A stretch of DNA of 64,000 bases, taken from the IMG/VR virus record IMGVR_UViG_2899924645_000001, positions 16,355 through 80,354 of that record, one strand, 5' to 3'. The position numbers and the translations under genes were made by a program. Of the stretch, positions 45,556-55,644 are shown piece by piece (within the stretch, counting starts at the first letter, position 1; each line of letters opens with the position of its first letter). Origin of the DNA: a virus. Taxonomy: Duplodnaviria; Caudoviricetes. Below the pieces are notes generated by a model that had not been told where the DNA came from, did no database searches, and saw only the letters and a program-made list of their open reading frames with translations.

Positions 45556-45900
45556 ATGAAGAACTACCGCCAAGCGGGCAGCGTGCTCACGCTGACCCCC
45601 TCCGTTGCTGTCGCCTCCGGCGTCGGCTACCTCTTCGGTGCCGCCCTGTTCGGCATCGCAACCTCGGACGTTCCGGCAAACACGCCGGGGGAGTTCAAGA
45701 CCGATGGCGTTTTCGACCTGGGCAAGACGGCCGGTGTCGCTGTCAGCGTGGGAGATCGCCTCTTCTGGGATGCGACGAACAAGGTCGTCAACAAGACCAG
45801 CGCGAGCCAGGAGTGCATCGGCGTTGCGGTCGAGTCCGCTGCCGGCGCCGCTGATGTCGTGGCCGTGAAGCTGGGCGCAAGCCTGCCTGCGGCCACCTGA
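45556..45900 (+). CDS. DUF2190-family capsid cement/decoration protein
   Basis: MKNYRQAG...VASG......LFGIA......G...EF.TDGVF.L.K......GD.LFWD. Confidence 0.88.
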   Translation: MKNYRQAGSVLTLTPSVAVASGVGYLFGAALFGIATSDVPANTPGEFKTDGVFDLGKTAGVAVSVGDRLFWDATNKVVNKTSASQECIGVAVESAAGAADVVAVKLGASLPAAT

Positions 45901-45920
45901 TACGCCGCCGCTGCCCCGCC

Positions 45921-46223
45921 ATGACCACTCCCTTCGCAGCACTTCAAGACCGAGTGAATCGCGCGCTTGACCGGCACCTGACGAATGCGCTCGCGCAAGT
46001 CGAGGGCGCCTCCGATCCGGTGCCGGTCGAGTTCGATGAGCCCTATGCACCGTCGTTCGACGATCAGGTGGACGCGCAGGCCCCTGAGTGCTGGGGGCCT
46101 GCAGCCGCCTTGGGCGGTCTGGAACGGGGCGACTCTCTTCTCATCGACGGCAGGCTCTTCGAGGTCTTGCGGTCGAAGCCGGACGGCACGGGCCGCGTGC
46201 ATCTGATTCTGCGGGGCGCGTGA
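45921..46223 (+). CDS. Head-tail adaptor (gpFII-like)
   Basis: Position; LERGDSLLIDGRLFEV...PDGTG..HL.L. Confidence 0.75.
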   Translation: MTTPFAALQDRVNRALDRHLTNALAQVEGASDPVPVEFDEPYAPSFDDQVDAQAPECWGPAAALGGLERGDSLLIDGRLFEVLRSKPDGTGRVHLILRGA

Positions 46224-46639
46224 TCGTGATCGCTCTGGAACCTGTGATCGTGGAGCGGCTTCGCGCCAGCCTGGCTGATGCGTGGGTCGTCAAAGGCATG
46301 TTCTTCGACGACGGGAGGCGGTCAGGCGACCTGTTCGCTTCCGTGACGTTCGCGGATGCGGACGTGCCGGCGAGCGAAGACACAGGGGCCATGGTGCGGC
46401 CATTGTGGCTCGTCACATTGGTTGCAAAGGGGACAGATGCCAACGTCGCCGCGCAACTCGATAGCGCCTTCGCGATTGCTGTCGAAGCCGTCCATGGGTG
46501 GGCGCCCGGGCCGGTGAGCGGCCGGCGCTGGGAGAGGTTCCGCCTAGCGCGCGTGAAGCCACCTCCCTATCTCGATACCGGCCTCGTCGGTATCGAACTC
46601 GGTTTTTCCACTTCTGCCCGCTTCGACGGGCAACCCTGA
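46220..46639 (+). CDS. Tail terminator/completion protein
   Basis: GTG start; WLVTLVAK...AVHGW.P...GFST; precedes the tube gene. Confidence 0.7.
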   Translation: MIVIALEPVIVERLRASLADAWVVKGMFFDDGRRSGDLFASVTFADADVPASEDTGAMVRPLWLVTLVAKGTDANVAAQLDSAFAIAVEAVHGWAPGPVSGRRWERFRLARVKPPPYLDTGLVGIELGFSTSARFDGQP

Positions 46640-46650
46640 AAGGATTTCCC

Positions 46651-47436
46651 ATGCCAATCGTTCACACCAAAACCGAACTGTCGGCCCCGCGTGGCCGCCT
46701 TCGCCTCGACATCATGAATGCCCTTGAAGAGCTGACGGGCGAGGAAGAAATGGGCAACTGCCCGAGCTTCGTGCTGTCCATCGACTCGGAGAAGGCCGAG
46801 GAATTCTCGTCCGAGACGGCGGCCAGCGAGCTCATCGGCACGCTCACCGGAAAGATCAAGCGCACCGCAAAGATCGTCTGCAACAACATGAGCATGGCGA
46901 CCTACCAGCGGTTTCTCGCCGCCACGAGCGAGACGGTCACGCAGTCGTCGGCACCGGTCACGGGCGAGTTGCGCAAGGTCGTGCCGGGCAAGATTTACCA
47001 GCTCGGCCAGACCACGGCCAACCCCATCGGCGTGCGCAACGTCACGGCCGTGACTGTGAAGAGCGAAGACGGAACCACGCCCTACGAGGCCGGCGAAGAC
47101 TTCAACGTAGACCCGGAAACCGGCGCGGTGCAGATCGTCGCCGGCGGCGGCATCACGGCGGGCAATGTGCAGTTCGGCTACACGCCCGTTGCCGGCACTT
47201 ACCAGCGTCTGAAGACCGGCGGCAACACGACATTCCTCGCGGCTATCCGTGTGGTCGCCGACAACGCCTCGGGCAATAACAAGGACTGGTACATGCCCCG
47301 CGTCAATGTGACGCCCTCGGGCGAGCTGCCCATCGTTTCGGCGGATGTGGAGTTTGTGAAGGTCGAGTTCGACATCGACGTACTCAAGCCGGCCAACGCT
47401 GAAGCCGTCTACGTGGGAGGCCGTCCGGTCGCCTGA
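46651..47436 (+). CDS. Major tail tube protein
   Basis: RGRL...MGNCPSF...YEAGEDF.VD.ETG.V...WYMPRV.VTPSGEL. Confidence 0.85.
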   Translation: MPIVHTKTELSAPRGRLRLDIMNALEELTGEEEMGNCPSFVLSIDSEKAEEFSSETAASELIGTLTGKIKRTAKIVCNNMSMATYQRFLAATSETVTQSSAPVTGELRKVVPGKIYQLGQTTANPIGVRNVTAVTVKSEDGTTPYEAGEDFNVDPETGAVQIVAGGGITAGNVQFGYTPVAGTYQRLKTGGNTTFLAAIRVVADNASGNNKDWYMPRVNVTPSGELPIVSADVEFVKVEFDIDVLKPANAEAVYVGGRPVA

Positions 47437-47439
47437 TAG

Positions 47440-47510
47440 CTCCGCGCCTGGCCTTGCGCTGCAGGGCTAGGCGTGGAGACGCATGCGGATTCCCGAAGAG
47501 GCTGCATGCG
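47440..47510 (+). other. Two adjacent RNA hairpins between tube and tape-measure genes
   Basis: 18-bp stem 47440-47478 whose only non-Watson-Crick pairs are three G-U; 9-bp stem 47480-47510. Confidence 0.6.
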
Positions 47511-47541
47511 CCTCCCATCTCTTCACCTCAATCCCGATCCC

Positions 47542-50412
47542 ATGGCCTTCAAGCCAATCCAAATCCTTATCAACGCCAAGGACGATGCGTCCAAGGTGTT
47601 CGACCGTCTGCAGGCGCGTCTCGCCGTCTTTGCTGCGGCCGTGCTGGGCTACTTCGGCATTCAGGCGTTCACAGGGTGGGTGAAGGGCGGGGCTGACCTC
47701 GAACAAGCGCTGAGTCGCGTGCAGGCCGCCACCGGCGCCACCGCAGCGGAGATGCGCCAACTGCGCAAGGCGGCGCAGGAAGCCGCCGCAGATGCCCGCT
47801 ACGGCTTCACCGAGCTTGAGGCGGCTGGCGCGCTGGAGAACCTGGCGAAAGCCGGCCTTAGCGTCAAAGATGCCATCGGCACGCTGCCAGCTGCCATGCA
47901 ACTCGCTCGCGCCGGCGATGTCGAACTGGCGACCTCGGCTGAGTACCTGACGAAGATCGTGAACGGCCTCGGCCTGTCCTTCGCCGACTCCGGCCGCGTG
48001 GCCGACGTGCTCGCGAAGGGTGCCAATGCCACGAACACCAGCGTGTCGGGCCTGGCGCAGGCGCTGAGCTACGCGGCGCCGCTGGCGAACACCCTCGGCC
48101 TGAGCCTCGAATCCACCGTGGCGATCATCGGCAAGTTCGCTGATGCCGGCATCGACGCGAGCCGCGCCGGTACAGCGTTGAACAGCATCCTCGCCCAGTT
48201 CTCCGACCCTGCCAGCAAGTTCCGCACAGAGCTGGCAGCGGCTGGCATCACGACGAACAACTTCGAGAAGATGCTGCACGAGCTGGCCGCCGCCGGTCCG
48301 GCCGGGCAGCGGGCTATCGCGGCGGTGGGGCAGGAGGCCGGCCCTGCGTTGCGCGCTCTGCTCAATCAGGGCGTGGACAAGCTCGATGAGCTCACCAAGT
48401 CGCTGCAGAACGCGAAGGGCAGCGCGGCGGAGACGGCCGGCGTGATGCAGGCTAATCTCAAGGGCGCGCTCAACGGCCTGCGCACTGCGTGGGATTCCAC
48501 GATCAACGCGCTGACCACGCCCATCCTGCCGGTGCTGAAGCAAGGCGTCGAGCAGCTGTCCGGCGCCCTGCGCGCGGCCGTGGCCGATGGCACCGTGGGC
48601 CGCTTTGGCAATGCTCTTGCGGCGGCCTTCCAGAACGGCATCAAGTGGGTACAGGCGTTCATCGCGAGCGTGGACTTCCCGGCGCTGGTGGCGAAGGCGC
48701 AGGCCATGGCCGACCGCGCCGGCGCGCTGCTCGACGACTTCGGTCGCAAGGCGCAGAACGCCGGCAACATCGTGCAGACGGTGTGGGGCGTCATGTCCAC
48801 CGGGGCCAATGTCGTCTTGGCGGCCGTCTACAAGATTGCCGAGGGCATGACGACCGTGGTCGTAGCGGTGCAGGAGGGCATCGCCACGATCATCACCGGC
48901 CTGGCGAAGGTGACGTTCGGCGACCTGTCGGCGGCGTTCAAGCAGGCCGCCGAAGAAGTGCGCGCCTCGGCCGAGGCCACCGGTGCGGTGGCGGATGCTT
49001 TCGGAGAGAAAGCGGGCGAAGCCTTTGACCGCGCGGCCGAGGGCGCGGAGCAGGCCCGTGCCGGCTGGGCAGGGCTGACCGGCGACGCGGAGAAGACCAC
49101 GGTCGCAGCGGCCAGCGGCGCGGCGGCTTTCACGAACATGGCCGCCGAGATGTCGGCGGCGGGCGCCAGCGCGCAGGAGGCTGGGCAGAAGGCGGCCGGG
49201 GCGGCTGCAACGCAGCAGGCAAAGATCGACGAAGCGCGCGCTGCGGTGGCGCGCTTGCGAGACGAGTACAACCAAGCGTTCGCCGCCGGCAATGTCGACT
49301 TAGCGAGCCAGAAGCTCGACCAGCTGCGCAAGGCGAGCGATTCGGTGGTGGCGGCTCTTGATGCGCAGAAAGACAAGGCCGAAGAGGTGCGCGCAACCGT
49401 CGAGCGCTTGCGTGCGGAGTATGCGCAGGCCATCGAGACGGGAAATCTTGAGTTGGCCGCGCAGAAGCTCGGTGAGCTGAAGAAAGCGAACATTGCCGCC
49501 GCCGACGCGGCCGGTGCGCTCAAGAAAGCACAAGCCGACGCGGCCGCCGAAATCGCGGCGGCCTTCCAGCGCGCCGGGGTGCAGACGAAGGCCGAGCTTG
49601 AAACCATGGCGAAGGTCGCGCTGCGCGACTACGAGCTGATCCGCGACAGCGGGCAGGCGACCGCCAGCGGTCTGGGCGATGCATGGAAACGTGCAGCCGA
49701 GGCCGCCATTGCGGCGGGCAATGGTGTGGCGCCCGGCTGGGTGCAGGCGCAGGCCGCCATGCGCGGCTTCGAGGTCGTGCTCGACAGCGCCGGGCGCACA
49801 ACGCTAAAGCTTAAAGACGCGCAAGCGGATGCCACGCAGTCCGCCTTCGGCCTGGCCGGCGCCCTGCGCGAGGTCACCAATGCGCGCGAGCGCGACATCG
49901 AGGCGCGGGAGAAGGCCATCCAGTTGCAAGAGCGCGAGGTCGCACTCGAGAACAAGCGGCTCGGCCGCGACGCAGCCGGGTTCTCGATCGACAAGACCGG
50001 CAAGACCGTGAACGCGGGTAGCGACCTGGGCACGTTGACCGGCATCGCCGCCTTCCTGAAAAACGCCGGCATCAAGGACGATGAAACCGCCCGCCGCATC
50101 GCCCGCGAGTTCGCCGACGAGAAGGGCAACGTTCAGTTCTTCAACAACCCGGGTCAGAAGAAGTACGGCGGTGACACGCTGAGCTATGCGCTGTTGAGGG
50201 CGGCCGAGAAAGTGACGTTCTTCGGCGACGGCCAGACTCCGACCAGCATCCCCAAGCCCGAATCGAATCGCACCGTCAACCTGCAGTTGCAGCTCAACGG
50301 CCGCGACTACGGCCGGGTGAACACCGACGCCGCCGGCGCCGACGCCATCGAGGGCCTGCTCGCGCAGCTCGGCGCCGCGCGCGGCACGTCTTCCCTGCGC
50401 CCGGGAGCCTGA
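47542..50412 (+). CDS. Tail tape measure protein (TP901-type core)
   Basis: MAFKPIQILINAKD; TNTSVSGLAQALSYAAP...GIDASRAGTAL; Ala-rich. Confidence 0.93.
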   Translation: MAFKPIQILINAKDDASKVFDRLQARLAVFAAAVLGYFGIQAFTGWVKGGADLEQALSRVQAATGATAAEMRQLRKAAQEAAADARYGFTELEAAGALENLAKAGLSVKDAIGTLPAAMQLARAGDVELATSAEYLTKIVNGLGLSFADSGRVADVLAKGANATNTSVSGLAQALSYAAPLANTLGLSLESTVAIIGKFADAGIDASRAGTALNSILAQFSDPASKFRTELAAAGITTNNFEKMLHELAAAGPAGQRAIAAVGQEAGPALRALLNQGVDKLDELTKSLQNAKGSAAETAGVMQANLKGALNGLRTAWDSTINALTTPILPVLKQGVEQLSGALRAAVADGTVGRFGNALAAAFQNGIKWVQAFIASVDFPALVAKAQAMADRAGALLDDFGRKAQNAGNIVQTVWGVMSTGANVVLAAVYKIAEGMTTVVVAVQEGIATIITGLAKVTFGDLSAAFKQAAEEVRASAEATGAVADAFGEKAGEAFDRAAEGAEQARAGWAGLTGDAEKTTVAAASGAAAFTNMAAEMSAAGASAQEAGQKAAGAAATQQAKIDEARAAVARLRDEYNQAFAAGNVDLASQKLDQLRKASDSVVAALDAQKDKAEEVRATVERLRAEYAQAIETGNLELAAQKLGELKKANIAAADAAGALKKAQADAAAEIAAAFQRAGVQTKAELETMAKVALRDYELIRDSGQATASGLGDAWKRAAEAAIAAGNGVAPGWVQAQAAMRGFEVVLDSAGRTTLKLKDAQADATQSAFGLAGALREVTNARERDIEAREKAIQLQEREVALENKRLGRDAAGFSIDKTGKTVNAGSDLGTLTGIAAFLKNAGIKDDETARRIAREFADEKGNVQFFNNPGQKKYGGDTLSYALLRAAEKVTFFGDGQTPTSIPKPESNRTVNLQLQLNGRDYGRVNTDAAGADAIEGLLAQLGAARGTSSLRPGA

Positions 50413-50413
50413 C

Positions 50414-50809
50414 ATGGCGGCACCGAAGTTTCACACCCTCGGCGCGCTGCAGATTCCGCGCGGCATGGTCTGGGTCGATGAGTTCGCATGGAACGCCGTC
50501 GAGAAGAGCCTCGGCTACTCCGTCACTGGCGCTGCGCTCATCGATGCCGCGGTGCGCCTTGCGGGCCAGCCGATCACCCTGCAGGGCGAGGTCGAGGCCG
50601 GATGGATCAAGCGCGGCGCGCTCAAGGCCCTGAAGGCGCTCAACGAGGCGAACGCGGTCGGCGAACACGCGCTCGTGCTGGCCGATGGCCGCGCCTTCAC
50701 CGTGCAGTTTGCGCCCGGCGTGGCCGTCGAGGGCAAGCCGCTGGCGCGCCCCGAACTGCCGGCCGAGGACTACCCCTACATCGCCACCGTGCGCCTCATC
50801 ACCGTTTGA
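50414..50809 (+). CDS. Distal tail protein-like
   Basis: Follows TMP; WVDEFAW...YSVTGA.LID...GQPITL. Confidence 0.75.
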   Translation: MAAPKFHTLGALQIPRGMVWVDEFAWNAVEKSLGYSVTGAALIDAAVRLAGQPITLQGEVEAGWIKRGALKALKALNEANAVGEHALVLADGRAFTVQFAPGVAVEGKPLARPELPAEDYPYIATVRLITV

Positions 50810-50812
50810 CCC

Positions 50813-53800
50813 ATGACCATTCTCGAATCAGACCTGAAACTCGTCGCCACGCAGGTGATGGATGACGTTCCCGAGGGCGGCGGCGCGCCGACCTCGAAAG
50901 TCATCGTCGATGGCGCCAGCAATGCCATCTTCAAAGACATCTCGGCGGTGGACCGCGCGCGGGGCGACGTGTCCATCATGAAGATCGCGGCCACGGTGCA
51001 GACCCTGAACACCGATACCGCCCTCGGCGGTCTGGTCATCATCTCGCGTCCGCCGCTCGACCCGAACGTGAGCCCGGCGCTCTTCTACACCGGCGACTTC
51101 TTCGACCGCCGCGCGAGCATCCAGAACCGCATCGAGGCGTACACCGCCCCGGGCGAAGAGTTCAACGGCTACATGCTGTCGAACCACGTTCAGGGGCAGC
51201 GCTCGCTTCAAATCTTCCAGCGCCCCGGCGCCACGCCGCCCGCCATCAACGGCACGCTGCAGATCAGTGGCGGCGGCAAGACGGAGTACGTGCGCGTGTC
51301 CGATGTCTCGGTGGAACAGCGCACCTACAGCTACAGCACCGGCGGCGCCTTCGTGGACTATGCCGCGCAGGTCTGCGTCTGCGAGCTGCTGGATGGCCTG
51401 AAGAACGATTACGCCGGCTCTCCCGCAAGTCGCCTCTTCGAGCGCTCCGCAGTAGGCGCGGCGATCAATCGGATGCTCGTGGCGAACGCCGCCAAGTTCT
51501 ACGGCATCGCGAAGCTCGCCGCGCCCGTGACCACCGGCGACCTGTCCGCCAAGGTCAACACCATCAGCACGCAACTCGTGCCGAGCGCGACGACCGAAAT
51601 CCCGCTCGTGGACATGTCGGCCGCCGGCTCTTCGACCTCGCTCGTTGCCTCGGGCTCGGGCACCGTGACCCTGAATACCGGCGTGGTGTTCGGCCCGAAT
51701 TCGATCATCACTTTCGGCAATCCCGCCTACCCGGGATCGCTGTCGGTGGCGACCTCGGCGGGCACGCTGACCGATGACGGCGGGCGCCTAAAGCTCGGCG
51801 CGCTGACGGTCGGCAGCGTGAACTACGCCGGCGGCGCGATGACGCTCGCCAGCGATGCGCCCACCATCACCGGAAACAAGACGATCACCTTCCGCCCGGC
51901 GGGCGCGCCTATCGAGCTGGCCGATTCGACCTCCATCGCGGTGACGCTGGAAAGCCGCCGCATCAACTACCCGTTGACCATCCTGCCGCCGCCGGCGCCT
52001 GGCTCGCTGCGCGTGGCCTACCGCGCCGGCGGCAACTGGTACGAGCTGGCCGACGACGGCGGCGGGCGTCTGTCGGGCACGGATTCGAGCATCGGCAGCG
52101 GCACGGTGGATTTCGTGACGGGCACGGCCTTGCCGACGCTGGGAAGCCTGCCGGACGTGGGAAGCGAAGTCATCTTCACCTGGGCGGCAAAGGCGAACTA
52201 CAAGGACCGTAGCGGCACCCTCACGGCCGCCGTGTCGATCATGCTCGCGCTCGACAACCAGGCGGCGCGGGCCGGCACCGTGTCGGTGGACTGGAACGAC
52301 GGCACCGCGCGGCATGCCAGCGACAACGGCAGCGGCGTGCTCACGGGCGACGCCAGCGGCCCGGTGTCCTATGCGTCGAGCACCATCGAGCTGCGGCCGA
52401 ACGTGCTGCCGGCCTCGGCGGTGGCCTTCACGGTCAACTACAGCCACGGCGACCCGGAGACGAAGACCTTCCCGGCGCCGGCGCGCGATGTCGATGGCGC
52501 CATCACGCTCAACCTCGGAAAGACCAACGTCGCGCCGTGGTCCGTCGCCCTCGACTGGAATCTCATCCTGCAATCGACCGCCGGCGTGCCGGCCGATCAG
52601 TGGGTGCCGCAGAACTTCGCGGCCACCAAGACGGTGACGGACAACGGCGCCGGCAAGCTAGTGGATGGCCTCGGCGTCGAGTTCGGCACCATCGTCTATT
52701 CGACCGGCATCGCCAAGCTCTACCCCGAGGCCGTCGTGAGCGTGCCCGTGCCGCAGTGGGCGGTCAGCCCGCAGGGCGTGCTCGGCACGGTCCTCTCGCC
52801 GAACCTGCCGGGCTTCTACCGCAACACCCTCACGGGCTACACCTATGCGGTGCTGAATGCCTCGCTGCCGACCGATTCGACGGCGCTCGTATCGGTGCGC
52901 TTCCGCGTGGCTGGCGCCGGCACCACGAAGAGCCAGACGTTCAACGCGCCCAAGCTCTTCATCAAGCTGCTGCCGAACGCCAGTGAGAAGGGCGTGCCCG
53001 GTGCGATCAACTTCACGTTCGGCGGCAAGACCTATTTCGACCGGGCCGGCTCGCTCTACACCGACCTCGACGCGGCCACCGGCGCCGCCTCGCTGGCGGG
53101 CACCTACGACTACGCGACCAACACCGCCGCGCTCACGACCTGGCCGGCCTCGGCCTCGTCCTCGGTCGTGGTGAACAGTCTGCTCACCTCGTTGGACAGC
53201 CAGCCGGTCGAATACGTCGTCTTCCGCACGCCGGTGGCGCCTGTCAGCCCGAACAGCCTTCAGCTCCTGGCGACGAAACTCAACGGCGGCACGATCAACG
53301 TCACGGCCGATGCCTCGGGCTTCATCAACGGCACGAACGTGCACGGCACCTTCGACGCATCGACGGGCGTCGGCAAGGTGCGTTTCGGCGACTGGGTGAC
53401 GGCCGCCGGCAACGAGGGCGCCATCTGGTACTCCGCCGATGCGGTCGGCAGCGACGGCAAGATTTGGAAGCCGGTCCCGGTCTTCGCGAGCACCATCCGA
53501 TACAACGCCGTGGCCTACACGACGTTGCCCGTCGATGCGACGCTGCTCGGCCTCGACCCGGTGCGCCTGCCCTCGGATGGCCGCGTGCCGATCTTCCGCA
53601 AGGGTGAGCTCGTCGTCATCCACAACACCAAGCGCATGCCGGCGGCCGTGGTGTCGAACGGCCAGACCCTCGATGTCGGGCGCGTGCGCCTATCGCGCGT
53701 GCGCATCGTGGGGGCCGATGGCGCCACCATCGAGACGGGCTACACGCGCAACCTCGACGCCGGCACGGTCACGTTCAATGACGTGTCGAGCTACGCGCAG

Positions 53801-54394
53801 CCGGTCGTGGTCGAGCACCGCATCGAAGACCTGCTGACCGTCTCGGATGTTGGCATCGATGGCCGCCTGGCATTCGCCGGCCGCGTCACGCACGACTACA
53901 GCTCGGGCGACAGCTACGTGAGCAGCGCGCTGCCCATGGGCGACGTGAAGGCGCGCGTATCGCTGCTGTTCGATCAGCAGGCGTGGACCGGTGTGTGGTC
54001 GGACGCGCTCATCGGCAACCCTGCCGATGCGACGTTCAACGACATCGATTTCCCGATCACCGTCACGAACAAGGGTGCAGTCACCGAGCGGTGGCGCATT
54101 CAGGTCAACAGCGGCGGCACGACCTACAACCTGATCGGCGAGCACCTTGGCCAGATCGTGACGGGGCAGGGCATGGGCGTGGACTGCTCGCCCATCGGTC
54201 CCTCAGGCGTGCCCTACATGACGATCCCGGCCGCCGGGTTCGGCGCAGGCTGGGCAGCGGGTCAGGTGATCCGCTTCAACACGGTGGCCGCGACCTTTCC
54301 ATTCGTGCCGATTCGCACCGTGCAGATGGGCGCCGAGACGGTGCTCGATGACAGCTTCGAAATTCTGGTCCTCATTGGCGTGGACCGTCCCTGA
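50813..54394 (+). CDS. Large tail tip/baseplate protein
   Basis: 1193 aa; MDDVPEGGG...IFKDISAVDRARGDVS; beta-rich; position. Confidence 0.75.
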   Translation: MTILESDLKLVATQVMDDVPEGGGAPTSKVIVDGASNAIFKDISAVDRARGDVSIMKIAATVQTLNTDTALGGLVIISRPPLDPNVSPALFYTGDFFDRRASIQNRIEAYTAPGEEFNGYMLSNHVQGQRSLQIFQRPGATPPAINGTLQISGGGKTEYVRVSDVSVEQRTYSYSTGGAFVDYAAQVCVCELLDGLKNDYAGSPASRLFERSAVGAAINRMLVANAAKFYGIAKLAAPVTTGDLSAKVNTISTQLVPSATTEIPLVDMSAAGSSTSLVASGSGTVTLNTGVVFGPNSIITFGNPAYPGSLSVATSAGTLTDDGGRLKLGALTVGSVNYAGGAMTLASDAPTITGNKTITFRPAGAPIELADSTSIAVTLESRRINYPLTILPPPAPGSLRVAYRAGGNWYELADDGGGRLSGTDSSIGSGTVDFVTGTALPTLGSLPDVGSEVIFTWAAKANYKDRSGTLTAAVSIMLALDNQAARAGTVSVDWNDGTARHASDNGSGVLTGDASGPVSYASSTIELRPNVLPASAVAFTVNYSHGDPETKTFPAPARDVDGAITLNLGKTNVAPWSVALDWNLILQSTAGVPADQWVPQNFAATKTVTDNGAGKLVDGLGVEFGTIVYSTGIAKLYPEAVVSVPVPQWAVSPQGVLGTVLSPNLPGFYRNTLTGYTYAVLNASLPTDSTALVSVRFRVAGAGTTKSQTFNAPKLFIKLLPNASEKGVPGAINFTFGGKTYFDRAGSLYTDLDAATGAASLAGTYDYATNTAALTTWPASASSSVVVNSLLTSLDSQPVEYVVFRTPVAPVSPNSLQLLATKLNGGTINVTADASGFINGTNVHGTFDASTGVGKVRFGDWVTAAGNEGAIWYSADAVGSDGKIWKPVPVFASTIRYNAVAYTTLPVDATLLGLDPVRLPSDGRVPIFRKGELVVIHNTKRMPAAVVSNGQTLDVGRVRLSRVRIVGADGATIETGYTRNLDAGTVTFNDVSSYAQPVVVEHRIEDLLTVSDVGIDGRLAFAGRVTHDYSSGDSYVSSALPMGDVKARVSLLFDQQAWTGVWSDALIGNPADATFNDIDFPITVTNKGAVTERWRIQVNSGGTTYNLIGEHLGQIVTGQGMGVDCSPIGPSGVPYMTIPAAGFGAGWAAGQVIRFNTVAATFPFVPIRTVQMGAETVLDDSFEILVLIGVDRP

Positions 54395-54414
54395 TCTGAA
54401 AGCGAAAACACCCG

Positions 54415-55644
54415 ATGACTTCTATCGTGAATACCGACGTGAAGCTGTACACCAGCGATATGGTCAATGCGCCTGCGCTGACCAACGCGAACGGCTCTTT
54501 CATCGCGCTGCTCAACGCAGTGCTGAAAGAGGGCTTCGACGTGAAGAGCATCACTTCCCTGAACGTCGCTGCGGGCATCGCGACGCTGACATGGACGGGC
54601 TCGCATTCCGCAATTCCCCACTCGGTCATCCTCGTGGCGGGCGTCACTGGCGGGCCGGCCGGCTTCGCTGGAATGAACGGCGAGCAGAAGGTGCAGACCA
54701 AGCCTTCGGCGAGTTCTTGCACTTTCCTCACCGCGCTGCCTGATGGCGTTTACACCGGGACGATCACCATCAAGATCGCTTCGCTTGGGTGGGAAAGTCC
54801 GTTCTCCTCCGGCACGGACAAGGCCGTCTACCGCAGTGCCGACCTCGCCGGCACCCGCATGTACCTGCGCGTCGATGACACCTACGGCAGCAGCGTGCGT
54901 CTCGTGGGCATGGAGACGATGTCGGACATCAACACCGGCACGGGGCGGTTCCCCACGTCGTCTCAAAGCGCAGGTCTTCCCGAAGGCGGTGGATGGTGGC
55001 CGAAGGCGGACGCCGGCGCGCAGCCGGCGCCGTGGGTGATCGTGGGCGACGGTCGCATTTTTTTCTATCACACGTCGTCGTTCGTCTCGAATGGCAGCGC
55101 TTACAACAACTACATCATCGGCAACCTGCGAGGCTTTGGAGACCTGATCGCGTTGCGTCCGGGTGGTGATCCGTATGCGTGCATGCTGGGCGTACAGCAG
55201 GGACCGGGCAGCTCATACCCCACCTACGGCACGCTCGATTCGCCCTCGTCGAACATGAACTATCTGCCCCGGGACTGGACCGGGGTCGGCTCTTCTCATC
55301 CCAACTACTGCATGGCCTACACCGGGGCCACCAACGCGGTGTCAGGCATGGATTCCACGCTGGGCGCGTTTCCCAGCCGTATCGATGGTTCTCTGCGTGT
55401 TTCGCGCAAGTTCATGTCTCAGTATCAAGGCGGCGACGCGCCGCGTGCGGACGTGCCGGGAGTGCTTTCGATCCCGCAAACCGGCTTGGGCGGTCTGCAG
55501 CACAAATCCTTGTTCGACGGCACTGGAGAGTTTGCGGGACGAAAGCTTCTCGGTCTGGTGGTGTCCAACGGCGGCCCCAATCAAGTGCCGTCGCCTGCCA
55601 ACTCGGGAATGATCTTGGTCGATGTCACGGGGCCATGGCGCTGA
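54415..55644 (+). CDS. Tail tip-associated protein
   Basis: VKLYTSDM.NAP.L....GS.IALL.AVL..GF...LGWESPF. Confidence 0.65.
   Translation: MTSIVNTDVKLYTSDMVNAPALTNANGSFIALLNAVLKEGFDVKSITSLNVAAGIATLTWTGSHSAIPHSVILVAGVTGGPAGFAGMNGEQKVQTKPSASSCTFLTALPDGVYTGTITIKIASLGWESPFSSGTDKAVYRSADLAGTRMYLRVDDTYGSSVRLVGMETMSDINTGTGRFPTSSQSAGLPEGGGWWPKADAGAQPAPWVIVGDGRIFFYHTSSFVSNGSAYNNYIIGNLRGFGDLIALRPGGDPYACMLGVQQGPGSSYPTYGTLDSPSSNMNYLPRDWTGVGSSHPNYCMAYTGATNAVSGMDSTLGAFPSRIDGSLRVSRKFMSQYQGGDAPRADVPGVLSIPQTGLGGLQHKSLFDGTGEFAGRKLLGLVVSNGGPNQVPSPANSGMILVDVTGPWR

Noticed and set aside
45556-45900. RecA/RadA recombinase (a common mislabel for this family)
   Set aside because: 114 aa with no P-loop; DUF2190 pattern and post-capsid position
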